Shown one piece after another: positions 28,320 to 37,960 of a DNA stretch of 64,000 bases (positions within the stretch are counted from its first letter, which is position 1; the number at the start of each line of letters is the position of its first letter). This DNA comes from Oleiphilaceae bacterium (GTDB taxonomy: Bacteria > Pseudomonadota > Gammaproteobacteria > Pseudomonadales > Oleiphilaceae): positions 29,588 to 93,587 of the forward strand of contig JAKVBL010000001.1 of assembly GCA_022447365.1 (NCBI GenBank), read 5' to 3'. Position numbers and translations under genes: made by a program. Below the pieces are notes generated by a model. The model saw only the letters and a program-made list of their open reading frames with translations, was not told where the DNA came from and ran no database searches.

Positions 28320-28862
28320 ATGAAGCATAAAGATAATTTGATTTGGATTGATCTTGAGATGACTGGTTTAGAGCCAGAGTCTGATCGTATTATTGAAATC
28401 GCCACTATCGTCACCGATGCGAACCTCAATACCTTAGCTGAAGGGCCCGTTATGGCAGTGCATCAAAGCGACGAATTACTTGATTCGATGGATGAGTGGT
28501 GTACTCGAACACATGGTGAATCTGGTTTAACTCAGCGAGTAAAAGATAGCGAGTTCTCAGAGCGTGATGCAGAGCTGAAAACCATTGAGTTTTTGCAAGA
28601 GTGGGTTGATAAAGGTGCATCACCGATTTGTGGAAATAGCGTAGGCCAAGATCGTCGTTTCTTGGTCAAATACATGCCAGAGTTGGAAGCCTATTTTCAC
28701 TATCGAACTCTCGATGTGAGTACCTTGAAGGAGCTGACTCGCCGTTGGAAGCCTGAAATTTTAGATGGCTTTAAAAAACAGGGGACACATTTAGCATTAG
28801 ATGATATTCGTGAATCGATCGCTGAGCTGCAATATTATCGTGAGCACGTGTTAAAGATATAA
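28320..28862 (+). CDS. orn: Oligoribonuclease
   Basis: DEDD exonuclease motifs [11 protein letters not shown] and [11 protein letters not shown] plus H...ALDDIRESI; 180 aa. Divergent from rsgA as in E. coli. Confidence 0.9.
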   Translation: MKHKDNLIWIDLEMTGLEPESDRIIEIATIVTDANLNTLAEGPVMAVHQSDELLDSMDEWCTRTHGESGLTQRVKDSEFSERDAELKTIEFLQEWVDKGASPICGNSVGQDRRFLVKYMPELEAYFHYRTLDVSTLKELTRRWKPEILDGFKKQGTHLALDDIRESIAELQYYREHVLKI

Positions 28863-28926
28863 ATTTAAGCGTCTTACATCGCTGAGATTGCCTTGTGAGA
28901 TAAGAAAACACTATAAGGTTTTTAAA

Positions 28927-29616
28927 ATGAGTGAATTAGTCAAAGTAGAAATTAATGAAGGCGTTGCCCTGTTAACGCTTAACAACGGCAAAGTGAATGC
29001 GTTTTCACATGAGATGATTGCTGACTTCAACGCAGCCTTAGACCAAGCAGAAGAAGCGAAAGCGCCTGTTGTGATCGCTGGACACCCTGGAATGTTCTCT
29101 GCGGGTTTTGATCTTAAAGTTATGCAGAAAAGTATGGATGCTGCGATGGCTTTGGTTAAAGAAGGCTCTACATTGACGCGCCGATTATTGTCTTTCCCGA
29201 CGCCTGTGATTGCGGCATGTACTGGGCACGCTGTAGCGCAAGGTGCATTTACTCTTTTATGTAGCGATTATCGAATTGGTGCCGCTGGCGAGTTCAAGCT
29301 TGGCCTGAATGAAGTGGCGATCGGTATGACGATGCACCATGCGGGTATTACGATGGCAAAACATGGTGTGACGGATCGTTATTTGAATCGTTCACTTTAT
29401 TTGGCGGAAATGTTTGATCCTGAAACCGCTGTTGAAGCGGGTTTTCTAGACGAAATCGTTGAATTTGAAAAAGTTGTCGAGACGGCGATTGAATACGCTA
29501 AAGCAACTAAGAAGCTTAATCGTCATGCGCACAAAGGCACTAAGCTTAAAGCGAGAGCTGGGCTTCTTGAAGAAATGGATAGAGCGATTGAGCTCGACGT
29601 CAACGGTCGTCTTTAG
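28927..29616 (+). CDS. Enoyl-CoA hydratase/isomerase (crotonase) family protein
   Basis: VALLTLNNGKVNAF...FSAGFDLK...IAACTGHAVAQG shows the crotonase oxyanion-hole pattern. I prefer the ATG at 28927 over the upstream TTG ORF start at 28888. Confidence 0.8.
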   Translation: MSELVKVEINEGVALLTLNNGKVNAFSHEMIADFNAALDQAEEAKAPVVIAGHPGMFSAGFDLKVMQKSMDAAMALVKEGSTLTRRLLSFPTPVIAACTGHAVAQGAFTLLCSDYRIGAAGEFKLGLNEVAIGMTMHHAGITMAKHGVTDRYLNRSLYLAEMFDPETAVEAGFLDEIVEFEKVVETAIEYAKATKKLNRHAHKGTKLKARAGLLEEMDRAIELDVNGRL

Positions 29617-29626
29617 TTAACAGCAT

Positions 29627-31024
29627 TTGAGTCATATTTTGTCTGTTCAACACATTCATATCTTAGGTATTTGCGGGACCTTTATGGGCTCGCTTGCCGC
29701 GCTCGCAAAAGAACAGGGTTTGCGCGTTACGGGTTGTGATCAGGGCGTTTATCCTCCAATGAGTACGCAACTTGAGTCACTCGGTATTGAGTTGATTCAA
29801 GGTTTCGATACGCAACAGCTAGATCTCGAACCCGATCTTTTTATCATTGGCAATGCAATTACTCGTGGTAATGCCTTGCTTGAAGAGATTCTAGATCGAG
29901 GTTTGCCCTATACCTCAGGCCCTCAATTTCTTGCAGAACATATCCTGCAGGGAAAATGGGTGATGGGTGTTGCCGGTACGCACGGCAAAACCACGACAAC
30001 GACCATGCTAGCGTGGATTCTTGAATATGCTGGAATGAAGCCGGGTTTCTTAATCGGTGGAGTGCCAAAGGATTTTGAATTTTCAGCTCGTTTGGGCGAA
30101 ACCCCTTTCTTTGTGATCGAAGCGGATGAATACGATAGCGCATTTTTTGATAAGCGCTCGAAGTTTGTCCATTACAAATCTCGAACATTGATCGTCAACA
30201 ATCTCGAGTTTGATCACGCCGATATTTTCGAAGACCTAAGCGCTATTCAAAAGCAATTCCATCATGTTATTCGTACTGTGCCGCGCAATGGTCGTGTGAT
30301 TTATCCTCAAGGCAGTAAGGCTATTGACGAGACGCTTGAAAAGGGCATTTGGGCTGAGAAACAAAGTTTTGGTGTAGAGGGCTCTAGTGCAGAAGCTCGT
30401 TATCACCTAGTTGAATCTGATGGTTCAGTCTTTGATGTGCGCTTAGCGGACCATACGCATCGAGTTACATGGTCTATGACTGGTGAGCACAACGTGTCGA
30501 ATGCTTTGGCAGCGATGCTTGCTGCGCGTCATGTTGGTGTTGAGCTCGAGCATTCTGCGCAAGCTTTGAGTCAATTTGGCGGCATTAAACGTCGCATGGA
30601 AGTATTGGCCGATCGAGAGCAAATTGCTTTATACGATGATTTTGCACATCACCCTAGTGCTATTAAAACGACGATCTCAGGGCTTCGCGCTAAGGTTGGG
30701 TCTGAAAAGATTCTAGCCCTCATCGAACCGCGTTCAAACACCATGCGTATGGGTATTCATGCAAACAAATTAGCACCGAGTGCTCAAGATGCAGATCAGA
30801 TCATATGGGCTGATCTGTCGGGTAATAACGAGTTAGGGTGGTTGACGCCTGAACTATCCGAATACGCTAATCAACATATCGAAATCTCAGTTGATGCTAT
30901 ACAAGGTGCGGTAGATCGGTTCATTGAGATGCATGGCGGCACGAAAGTTCATGTGTTGATGATGAGTAATGGTGGCTTTGGCGGAGTACGCGAAGCTTTG
31001 CTAAAAAAATTAGGTTCAGAGTAA
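29627..31024 (+). CDS. mpl: UDP-N-acetylmuramate:L-alanyl-gamma-D-glutamyl-meso-diaminopimelate ligase
   Basis: HILGICGTFMGSLA N-terminus like E. coli Mpl, and the Mur ligase P-loop GVAGTHGKTTTT; 465 aa. Non-ATG (TTG) start. Confidence 0.9.
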   Translation: MSHILSVQHIHILGICGTFMGSLAALAKEQGLRVTGCDQGVYPPMSTQLESLGIELIQGFDTQQLDLEPDLFIIGNAITRGNALLEEILDRGLPYTSGPQFLAEHILQGKWVMGVAGTHGKTTTTTMLAWILEYAGMKPGFLIGGVPKDFEFSARLGETPFFVIEADEYDSAFFDKRSKFVHYKSRTLIVNNLEFDHADIFEDLSAIQKQFHHVIRTVPRNGRVIYPQGSKAIDETLEKGIWAEKQSFGVEGSSAEARYHLVESDGSVFDVRLADHTHRVTWSMTGEHNVSNALAAMLAARHVGVELEHSAQALSQFGGIKRRMEVLADREQIALYDDFAHHPSAIKTTISGLRAKVGSEKILALIEPRSNTMRMGIHANKLAPSAQDADQIIWADLSGNNELGWLTPELSEYANQHIEISVDAIQGAVDRFIEMHGGTKVHVLMMSNGGFGGVREALLKKLGSE

Positions 31025-31046
31025 AAGTACTCTGAACCTGTTATTT
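31013..31046 (+). terminator. Hairpin overlapping the mpl stop codon
   Basis: 11-bp stem GGTTCAGAGTA / TACTCTGAACC with a 4-nt loop, followed by TGTTATTT. ubiX starts 23 nt later, so it may only be partially efficient. Confidence 0.5.
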
Positions 31047-31068
31047 GATCCCTGTTGTTGAGGATTGT

Positions 31069-31689
31069 ATGAGCGAGTTTAAAGAAACAATTACTTTGGC
31101 GGTGACCGGGGCTTCAGGTGTTCAGTATGCGACGCGCTTGTTAGATGTTCTGGTTAAAGAAGGGCATCAGATTTTTGTAATGGTTTCTAAAGCTGCGCAT
31201 ATGGTCATTGCGACAGAAACTGAGCATAAATGGCCTGCCCAAGCTGCGCAATTAGAGCAGGTTTTGACGCAACAGTTCTCTGCAAAGCAAGGGCAGGTGA
31301 AAGTATTCGGTAGAGAGGACTGGATGGCTCCGGTTGCTTCTGGATCGGGAGCTCCAACCAAAATGGTTGTTTGCCCATGCAGCACTGGATCGTTGTCTGC
31401 AATTGCTAATGGCGCGAGCAATAATTTGATTGAGCGAGCGGCAGACGTTGCATTAAAAGAACGGCGCCAATTAATACTCGTTCCTCGCGAGGCTCCTTAT
31501 TCAGAGATTCACCTTGAGCATATGTTGAAGTTGACAAAAATGGGAGCTGTGGTGATTCCCGCCTCGCCTGGTTTTTACCACAAACCGCAAAGTGTTGATG
31601 ATCTTGTGGATTTCATTGTTGCGCGTATTTTGTCTCAGTTAGGAATTGAGCAAACGCTTCTTAGTAAGTGGGGAGAAGATCGAACATGA
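31069..31689 (+). CDS. ubiX: Flavin prenyltransferase UbiX
   Basis: ITLAVTGASG, MVVCPCSTGSLSAIANG and LVPREAP motifs; about 206 aa from the ATG at 31069. Confidence 0.9.
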   Translation: MSEFKETITLAVTGASGVQYATRLLDVLVKEGHQIFVMVSKAAHMVIATETEHKWPAQAAQLEQVLTQQFSAKQGQVKVFGREDWMAPVASGSGAPTKMVVCPCSTGSLSAIANGASNNLIERAADVALKERRQLILVPREAPYSEIHLEHMLKLTKMGAVVIPASPGFYHKPQSVDDLVDFIVARILSQLGIEQTLLSKWGEDRT

Positions 31690-32459
31690 GCTCTTCTTCA
31701 GTCATCGATTGGTCGAAGACGGTAGCTGCAATCTGGCGAGCGAGGCAGCAGCATCTCCGTGCAGTGACACGGATTGATGGCATTGAGCTTGATCAGTTGT
31801 TGGGGATTGAGCGTCAGAAAAAACTAATAGTAGAGAATACAGAGCGTTTTATCGCTGGACTGCCGGCAAACAATGCTTTGCTGTGGGGCTCCCGCGGCAC
31901 AGGTAAATCAAGCATTATTAAAGCACTTTTGAATGCTTATGCTGACAAAGGTCTGCGCGTGATTCAGATAGATAAAGATGATCTGCTTGATCTTCCCGAG
32001 ATCGTCGATGAACTCTTCGAGCAGCCCTACCACTTTATTGTTTTCTGTGATGATTTGAGCTTTGAAGAGGGTGATGCAACTTATAAAGCTTTGAAGAGTA
32101 TTCTCGAAGGATCAATTGAATTGCCCCCCGATAATGTCCTGATTTACGCGACCTCTAACAGACGTCATCTTATGCCGGAATACATGAGCGATAACGAAGG
32201 CACCAAAGTCGTAGAAACAGAATTGCACTTTGCTGATGTGGTCGAAGAAAAAATATCTTTGTCGGATCGTTTTGGTTTGTGGTTGTCGTTTTATTCAATC
32301 AATCAAGATCAATATATTGAGATTGTGGACCAGCTGTTTGGGCAGGTCGAGAATAAGCAGGCCATGCATGTCGAAGCTAAGCGTTTTGCTACCATCAAAG
32401 GTGGACGTAGTGGTCGTACTGCACAGCAATTCTTTAAAGCCTACAGCGGGAAGTTTTAG
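31686..32459 (+). CDS. P-loop ATPase, DUF815-like
   Basis: LLWGSRGTGKSSIIKAL Walker A and FVFCDDLSFE Walker B-like motifs. The ATG overlaps the ubiX stop (ATGA at 31686-31689). Confidence 0.7.
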   Translation: MSSSSVIDWSKTVAAIWRARQQHLRAVTRIDGIELDQLLGIERQKKLIVENTERFIAGLPANNALLWGSRGTGKSSIIKALLNAYADKGLRVIQIDKDDLLDLPEIVDELFEQPYHFIVFCDDLSFEEGDATYKALKSILEGSIELPPDNVLIYATSNRRHLMPEYMSDNEGTKVVETELHFADVVEEKISLSDRFGLWLSFYSINQDQYIEIVDQLFGQVENKQAMHVEAKRFATIKGGRSGRTAQQFFKAYSGKF

Positions 32460-32512
32460 TAGATGGTGATATTGGTGTCAGAGTACAAGGACTCTGACTC
32501 GAGTTTGAATTG

Positions 32513-32992
32513 CTATTTACCCGTCTCTTGCTCCGCGTTTTCAAATTCCATTCCTTCAAAACTATAAGCAGCGCCAAAGCCTTCAACATAGGTTCCTGAT
32601 TTCGGTGTAATTTCTACGAGGTGAAAGTCATTTAGGCTTTTTAATAACGAGACTGTCTTTCCTCGTTGTTGCTCGAAGATAGGCATGACTGTGTTAAATG
32701 TCGACGATGATCTGTCGATGAATTGAGCATCGCCTTTAAATATCAGTCGTTTTCTTGCAAAGATATTTTTTGTGTCTGTTTCGTCTTGCGTGAGCATCAA
32801 CGAGCACTTGGCTGTTTGCTTTAAATTCTGTGTGTGGGCCGCAAGCTCACTGATAAAAATGTACAGCTTTTTGTTTTCGAGAATATAAGGGGTTGTTGAT
32901 GCGTCGGGCTGTTTATTTTGGTCGAGCGTGGCAAGCATGCATGATTGCGTATCTGCAATTAGTGATTCGATGTTTGTACTTATGTTGCTCAC
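32513..32992 (-). CDS. PNPOx-like FMN-binding split-barrel protein (HugZ/HutZ-like)
   Basis: 159 aa with GTG start overlapping the upstream stop (GTGA). CMLATLDQNKQPDASTTPY...ARKRLIFKGDA is a pattern typical of the pyridoxamine-phosphate-oxidase-related fold. Assignment is tentative. Confidence 0.5.
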   Translation of the reverse strand: MSNISTNIESLIADTQSCMLATLDQNKQPDASTTPYILENKKLYIFISELAAHTQNLKQTAKCSLMLTQDETDTKNIFARKRLIFKGDAQFIDRSSSTFNTVMPIFEQQRGKTVSLLKSLNDFHLVEITPKSGTYVEGFGAAYSFEGMEFENAEQETGK

Positions 32993-33654
32993 TTAGCAGC
33001 ACCTTGCATGGATTTCGAACTAAGAATCGAAAATCCTAAATCTTTTGATGAGGCTGAACGAATCAATGCGGCTGCGACATCTGCGCCATCAATGGCTTTC
33101 AAATTTCCGGGTAATAGTTTGCAGATGAACTCAGATGCTTTTTCGCCAAGGCGAAATTCTTCTCTATCTCCTAGTAATAAACTTGGCCGTGCAATAGCGG
33201 CGTGTGCATAGTCGCAATATTTGATTCTGTGTTCGACATCTTTTTTCATGCTGAGATAAGTGGATGGCATTTTTCCGTCTGCGCCATTTGCAGAGACAAG
33301 CCCGTAGAAACCAGCGCCATGCTCTTTACCTAGTTTCGCGAAAGCTTCAGGATACTCCACATCAATACGCACATATTCCATAGCATTTGGCGTTTTCTTT
33401 TTGGTTGAGCCCAAGGCGCAAAATAAGTCCGATACCTCACGACTTGGTGCTTTGAAAGAGCTTGGATTCTGAAGAAGCTTGTTCCAATCACAAATAAAGT
33501 AGCTGAGTTTCTGATGCTGATAATCTGATGAGTTTTGTGATCGAACAAAGGCATAGACTTCTTCGTATTGTTTATCTTCACAGAGCTGTTGTACGAGACT
33601 TCGTCCAATTAAGCCGCTGGCGCCAGCGACCCAAGCAATCTTTTTGTTAGTCAA
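32989..33654 (-). CDS. NAD(P)-binding atypical SDR/NmrA-like oxidoreductase
   Basis: Rossmann motif IAWVAGASGLIGRSL at the N-terminus; 221 aa. Confidence 0.65.
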   Translation of the reverse strand: MTNKKIAWVAGASGLIGRSLVQQLCEDKQYEEVYAFVRSQNSSDYQHQKLSYFICDWNKLLQNPSSFKAPSREVSDLFCALGSTKKKTPNAMEYVRIDVEYPEAFAKLGKEHGAGFYGLVSANGADGKMPSTYLSMKKDVEHRIKYCDYAHAAIARPSLLLGDREEFRLGEKASEFICKLLPGNLKAIDGADVAAALIRSASSKDLGFSILSSKSMQGAAK

Positions 33655-33879
33655 AACTTACTCTCTTATTTTGTGCAGTTTTCCATAGTGTAGGGCGGCA
33701 TGAGGGCCAAGGTCTAGGGCATATGAATCTTAAATGGTGGCCTATTTTGTAGTGGGTTTTTCGGCATATTTTTAAAAAGTTCGGCTTGGACACTAAAATT
33801 TACGATTTTAACTCTTTTATTTACCTCAAATACTGTATACTTCGCGCGATTTTTTTCACCCCGAACTTCGAGTAAGACG

Positions 33880-35964
33880 ATGACAGACTTAAGCAAGTAC
33901 AGAAACATAGGTATTTTCGCGCACGTTGATGCGGGTAAAACCACTACAACAGAACGTATTTTGAAACTCACCGGTAAGATCCACAAAACTGGTGAAGTAC
34001 ACGATGGTGAATCTACAACTGACTTCATGGATCAGGAAGCAGAGCGTGGTATTACTATTCAATCAGCGGCGATCACAGCATTCTGGAAAGATCACCGTAT
34101 GAACATCATCGATACTCCTGGACACGTTGACTTCACAGTTGAAGTATACCGTTCTTTGAAAGTACTTGATGGTGGTATCGGCGTATTCTGTGGTTCGGGC
34201 GGTGTTGAGCCTCAATCAGAAACTAACTGGCGTTATGCGGATGAATCAGGCGTTGCACGTTTGATCTTCGTTAACAAACTAGACCGTGTTGGTGCTGACT
34301 TCTTGAAAGTTGTTGACCAAGTAGAAAACACACTTGGCGCGAAGCCTCTTGTTATGACGCTTCCAATTGGTCGTGAAGACACCTTTACAGGTGTTGTAGA
34401 CATCATGTCTAAGAAAGCATACATCTGGGATGACTCTGGTCTCCCTGAAAACTACAAAGTTGAAGATGTACCAGCAGACATGGTTGAAGACGTAGACATG
34501 TACTACGAGCAGATGGTTGAAACTGCTGTAGAAATGGACGACGACTTGATGATGGCTTACATGGATGGCGAAATGCCAACTGATGAGCAGCTTAAAGCGT
34601 GTATCCGTAAAGGTACTAACGAGCTTGCGTTCTTCCCAACTTACTGTGGTTCTGCATTTAAGAACAAAGGTATTCAGCTTGTACTTGACGCTGTTGTTGA
34701 TTACTTGCCTTCTCCAACAGAAGTTCCAGCTCAGCCTCTTACTGATGAGCACGGTGAGCCTACTGGTGAAGTTGCAACAGTATCTGTTGACGAGCCATTC
34801 CGCGCATTGGCGTTCAAGATCATGGACGACCGTTTCGGCGCACTAACGTTTATCCGTATTTACTCTGGTAAGTTGAACAAGGGTGACACCATCCTTAACT
34901 CATTCACAGGTAAGACTGAGCGTATTGGTCGTATGTGTGAAATGGAAGCGGATGAGCGTATTGAACTTGATTCAGCACAAGCGGGTGACATCATCGCTGT
35001 TGTTGGCATGAAGAACGTACAAACAGGTCACACGCTTTGTGATACTAAGCATGAATGTACACTTGAAGCGATGGTATTCCCTGATCCAGTTATCTCGATC
35101 GCAGTTAAGCCAAAAGACAAAGGTTCAACTGAGAAAATGGGTGTTGCTATCGGTAAGATGGTTGCAGAAGATCCAACGTTCATCGTTGAAACTGACGAAG
35201 ATTCAGGCGAAACCATCCTTAAAGGTATGGGTGAGCTTCACCTAGATATCAAAGTAGATATCTTGAAGCGTACTTTCGGTGTTGAGCTAGAAGTAGGTCA
35301 GCCACAGGTAGCATACCGTGAGACTATCACGCAAGCAATCGAAGACAGCTATACGCACAAGAAGCAGTCTGGTGGTTCTGGTCAGTTCGGTAAGATCGAC
35401 TACCGCATCAAGCCAGGTGAGCAAAACACTGGTCTTACTTTCACTTCAACAGTTGTTGGTGGTAACGTTCCTAAGGAATTCTTCCCAGCAATCGAGAAAG
35501 GTTTCCAAGGTATGATGGAAACTGGTCCACTTGCAGGCTTCCCTGTATTGGACGTTGAAGTTGAACTATACGATGGTGCTTACCACGCAGTTGACTCATC
35601 AGCAGTAGCATTTGAGATTGCAGCAAAAGGTGCATTCCGTCAGTCAATGCCAAAAGCTGGTCCTCAACTTCTTGAGCCAGTGATGAAAGTAGACGTGTTT
35701 ACTCCAGACGATCACGTTGGTGATGTTATCGGTGACTTGAACCGTCGTCGTGGCATGATCAAGGACCAAGAAGCTGGTAACACTGGTGTACGTGTTAAAG
35801 CGGACGTTCCTCTTTCAGAGATGTTCGGTTACATCGGTCACCTACGTACTATTACTTCTGGTCGTGGTCAGTTCTCAATGGAGTTCTCTCACTACGCACC
35901 TTGCCCAATGAACGTGGCAGAAGAAGTAATTGCTGAAGAAAAGGCTAAGAAAGAAGCTAAGTAA
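33880..35964 (+). CDS. fusA: Elongation factor G paralogue (stand-alone, not in an str operon)
   Basis: [30 protein letters not shown] and NKLDR G-motifs. Full five-domain length (694 aa). Flanked by its own leader and a strong terminator. Confidence 0.9.
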   Translation: MTDLSKYRNIGIFAHVDAGKTTTTERILKLTGKIHKTGEVHDGESTTDFMDQEAERGITIQSAAITAFWKDHRMNIIDTPGHVDFTVEVYRSLKVLDGGIGVFCGSGGVEPQSETNWRYADESGVARLIFVNKLDRVGADFLKVVDQVENTLGAKPLVMTLPIGREDTFTGVVDIMSKKAYIWDDSGLPENYKVEDVPADMVEDVDMYYEQMVETAVEMDDDLMMAYMDGEMPTDEQLKACIRKGTNELAFFPTYCGSAFKNKGIQLVLDAVVDYLPSPTEVPAQPLTDEHGEPTGEVATVSVDEPFRALAFKIMDDRFGALTFIRIYSGKLNKGDTILNSFTGKTERIGRMCEMEADERIELDSAQAGDIIAVVGMKNVQTGHTLCDTKHECTLEAMVFPDPVISIAVKPKDKGSTEKMGVAIGKMVAEDPTFIVETDEDSGETILKGMGELHLDIKVDILKRTFGVELEVGQPQVAYRETITQAIEDSYTHKKQSGGSGQFGKIDYRIKPGEQNTGLTFTSTVVGGNVPKEFFPAIEKGFQGMMETGPLAGFPVLDVEVELYDGAYHAVDSSAVAFEIAAKGAFRQSMPKAGPQLLEPVMKVDVFTPDDHVGDVIGDLNRRRGMIKDQEAGNTGVRVKADVPLSEMFGYIGHLRTITSGRGQFSMEFSHYAPCPMNVAEEVIAEEKAKKEAK

Positions 35965-35982
35965 GCCTTAGTTCTTTTAGCT

Positions 35983-36014
35983 AAAAGCCCTGTTGGAAAC
36001 AACGGGGCTTTTTT
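35983..36014 (+). terminator. Intrinsic terminator after the EF-G paralogue
   Basis: 9-bp stem GCCCTGTTG / CAACGGGGC (one G-U pair) with loop GAAA, then TTTTTT (36009-36014). Confidence 0.85.
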
Positions 36015-36046
36015 GTGCATAACAATAAATCAAGGAAGTACTGTTA

Positions 36047-36952
36047 ATGAGCAGAGTCGTCTCATTTGTTTTTCTATCGCTTTGTTTTTCTACCATGACC
36101 TTGGCAGAAAATTCTTATCAATTTGCTGTATATGGAGCGGGAGCGAGTATCTCTCAAGACAATTCAGGATCAGGTAAGTTCTTAGGCTTAAGCGCGACGG
36201 CATATTTAGATCCGATCATGCTTGATGGAAGCAAGCCACTTGCCTTGGCAGCGAAATATCAACAAGTCTCAAGCGTATTTGCTTATCATACGCAGCTCGA
36301 ATACTCCGACCTTGCTCAAGTTAGAGGTGGTCGTATTTTAGAAACAGTAGATAATGATCGCACTGGCCTTGGTGGCACTATCACGCATGAGAGTATTCCA
36401 CTTTGGTTATCGGTAAATCATGTGTTTAGTGATGACGCAGAGCTTGGTTTTAGAGATGGGACTACGTTCACCAATAGCGATAGCATGACGGAGTTTGAGC
36501 TAGGTGTTTATGCATCAGAACACATGATCGCATCATTGATTTATAATGATGCAGTTGGTGATACCTATGGTTTAACCGTCGATGCATTGTTTGAGCTTGC
36601 TGATTTGGGTCAATTTATTGAACTGTCAGCGCTTTATCTTGAAATAGAGCACGATGAGATAGATTTGTCGGTTGTGAACAATACCGTTCGAAACTTAGAT
36701 ACAAATCCTTTAGAAGAGACTCAACTTGGTTTAGGTGTGACCTACTTTCCGACGAAGGCTATCGATGTTGGTCTCACGTATACATCCACAAAGTTGAGTC
36801 ATGGCCCAGCTTCCAAAGAGCTGGTTTATAGCCTTAACGCAGGATGGTTCTTCAGCCAGGACACAGCCATTCGCCTTGAATATGCCTTATTTGAGGATGA
36901 TACTTTCTTTATCGATTCAAGCGTCAGCGCTGAACTGCTTTATCGTTTCTAA
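36047..36952 (+). CDS. Putative outer-membrane beta-barrel protein
   Basis: Signal peptide ending TLA-EN, alternating amphipathic strands, and the C-terminal ...AELLYRF aromatic terminus; 301 aa. Confidence 0.55.
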   Translation: MSRVVSFVFLSLCFSTMTLAENSYQFAVYGAGASISQDNSGSGKFLGLSATAYLDPIMLDGSKPLALAAKYQQVSSVFAYHTQLEYSDLAQVRGGRILETVDNDRTGLGGTITHESIPLWLSVNHVFSDDAELGFRDGTTFTNSDSMTEFELGVYASEHMIASLIYNDAVGDTYGLTVDALFELADLGQFIELSALYLEIEHDEIDLSVVNNTVRNLDTNPLEETQLGLGVTYFPTKAIDVGLTYTSTKLSHGPASKELVYSLNAGWFFSQDTAIRLEYALFEDDTFFIDSSVSAELLYRF

Positions 36953-37016
36953 TTCGATAAGTAGTTTTTCAAGATCTTGAGACAAAAGCATCTATTTTAT
37001 CGAAATGGATGCTTTG

Positions 37017-37940
37017 CTAGTTCTTAGACCCCATATCTATCAGGCTTTGTTTTGCTTTATAAAATCGAGACAGGATGTGGGGAACCTTCAGAGGTATGAC
37101 TTCCCTCACTAGGCGCACGATATAGCGGATGAGCGCCACGTGTTTCAATTGCTGGGCTGATTTCGCACGCTTAAGCATTGCGACATAACCTTCGTTAATC
37201 AACTCACTGGTGCGCTCTCTATTGTCTGATCGGCTGTAAGAAGAGAGATCTAAACCGACAACGATATCGGCTTGCTTGAGCTGTTCTTTGGTTTTATGGT
37301 CAATACAGATATCAATGGCGTTGCCCAGCGTGTCAGCCATGTTTTTAGGTGCTTGATAGCGTTTTGTGTGCGTAAGATCAACGCAAATAATGATGCCCGC
37401 ACCCATCTTACGGACTAATGATACGGGTACGTTTTCAATAATGCCTCCATCCACGAGTTTTCGTCCATTGAGCTCCACAGGCGCAAAAAGGCCAGGTACT
37501 GCGACTGACGCACAAACGGCATCGGCAACTGAGCCTTTAGTGAAGATAATTTGCTCTCCGGTACAAATGTCGGTCGCGGAAATAGATAGGGGTATTTGTG
37601 CATCTTCGATTTGGGCATCGCCAAGATCTTTGATCAGCATTTCTCGGACTGCATTGGTAGAAAATAATCCTCCTGAAGCCCGCCAGCTAAAGCTCGCCAT
37701 GCTTTTGAAGGTTAGATTCTCCGCAACGGCTGTCATGTCTTCAATTGATTTCCCAAATGCATAATAACTGGCGACGAACGCGCCGATACTTGTGCCGGAA
37801 ACATAGTCGATTGATACACGCTCTTGTTTGAGCGCTTTGATCGCACCGATATGTGCAACGCCCTTTGCTGCGCCACCCCCAAGCGCAAGGCCAACTCTAG
37901 TATTAAAGGGGTTAAAGCTATTTAAACGTTGAAAGCGCAT
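37017..37940 (-). CDS. Patatin-like phospholipase
   Basis: Oxyanion GGGAAKGVAHIG, nucleophile elbow GTSIG and catalytic DGG; 307 aa. Confidence 0.85.
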   Translation of the reverse strand: MRFQRLNSFNPFNTRVGLALGGGAAKGVAHIGAIKALKQERVSIDYVSGTSIGAFVASYYAFGKSIEDMTAVAENLTFKSMASFSWRASGGLFSTNAVREMLIKDLGDAQIEDAQIPLSISATDICTGEQIIFTKGSVADAVCASVAVPGLFAPVELNGRKLVDGGIIENVPVSLVRKMGAGIIICVDLTHTKRYQAPKNMADTLGNAIDICIDHKTKEQLKQADIVVGLDLSSYSRSDNRERTSELINEGYVAMLKRAKSAQQLKHVALIRYIVRLVREVIPLKVPHILSRFYKAKQSLIDMGSKN

Positions 37941-37960
37941 ATCCGTTCGGCTCTTTTTTA

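Noticed and set aside
34279-34752. 157-aa antisense ORF inside the EF-G paralogue. There are similar long antisense or alternate-frame ORFs at 48134-48541 (in proS), 37366-37764 (in patatin), 62736-63098 (in OYE), 52418-52801 (in xseA), 18606-19118 (in the 599-aa gene), 6219-6629 (in the autotransporter) and 12956-13357 (in gpsA).
   Set aside because: Each lies wholly within a gene whose translation carries unambiguous family motifs. Their own translations are low-complexity or Ser/Arg/Cys-rich with no motifs or ribosome-binding sites. They are typical shadow ORFs.
36985-37015. Possible terminator AAAGCATC...GATGCTTT between the OM barrel gene and the patatin gene.
   Set aside because: It has an 8-bp stem but a 15-nt loop and only a short T tract. 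That is too weak to call as a feature with confidence.
37017-37940. The patatin-like phospholipase as a CBASS-type (CapV-like) defence effector.
   Set aside because: There is no CD-NTase or cyclase, no E1/E2/JAB accessory genes and no other defence genes nearby. It sits in an lpxL operon within core genes.
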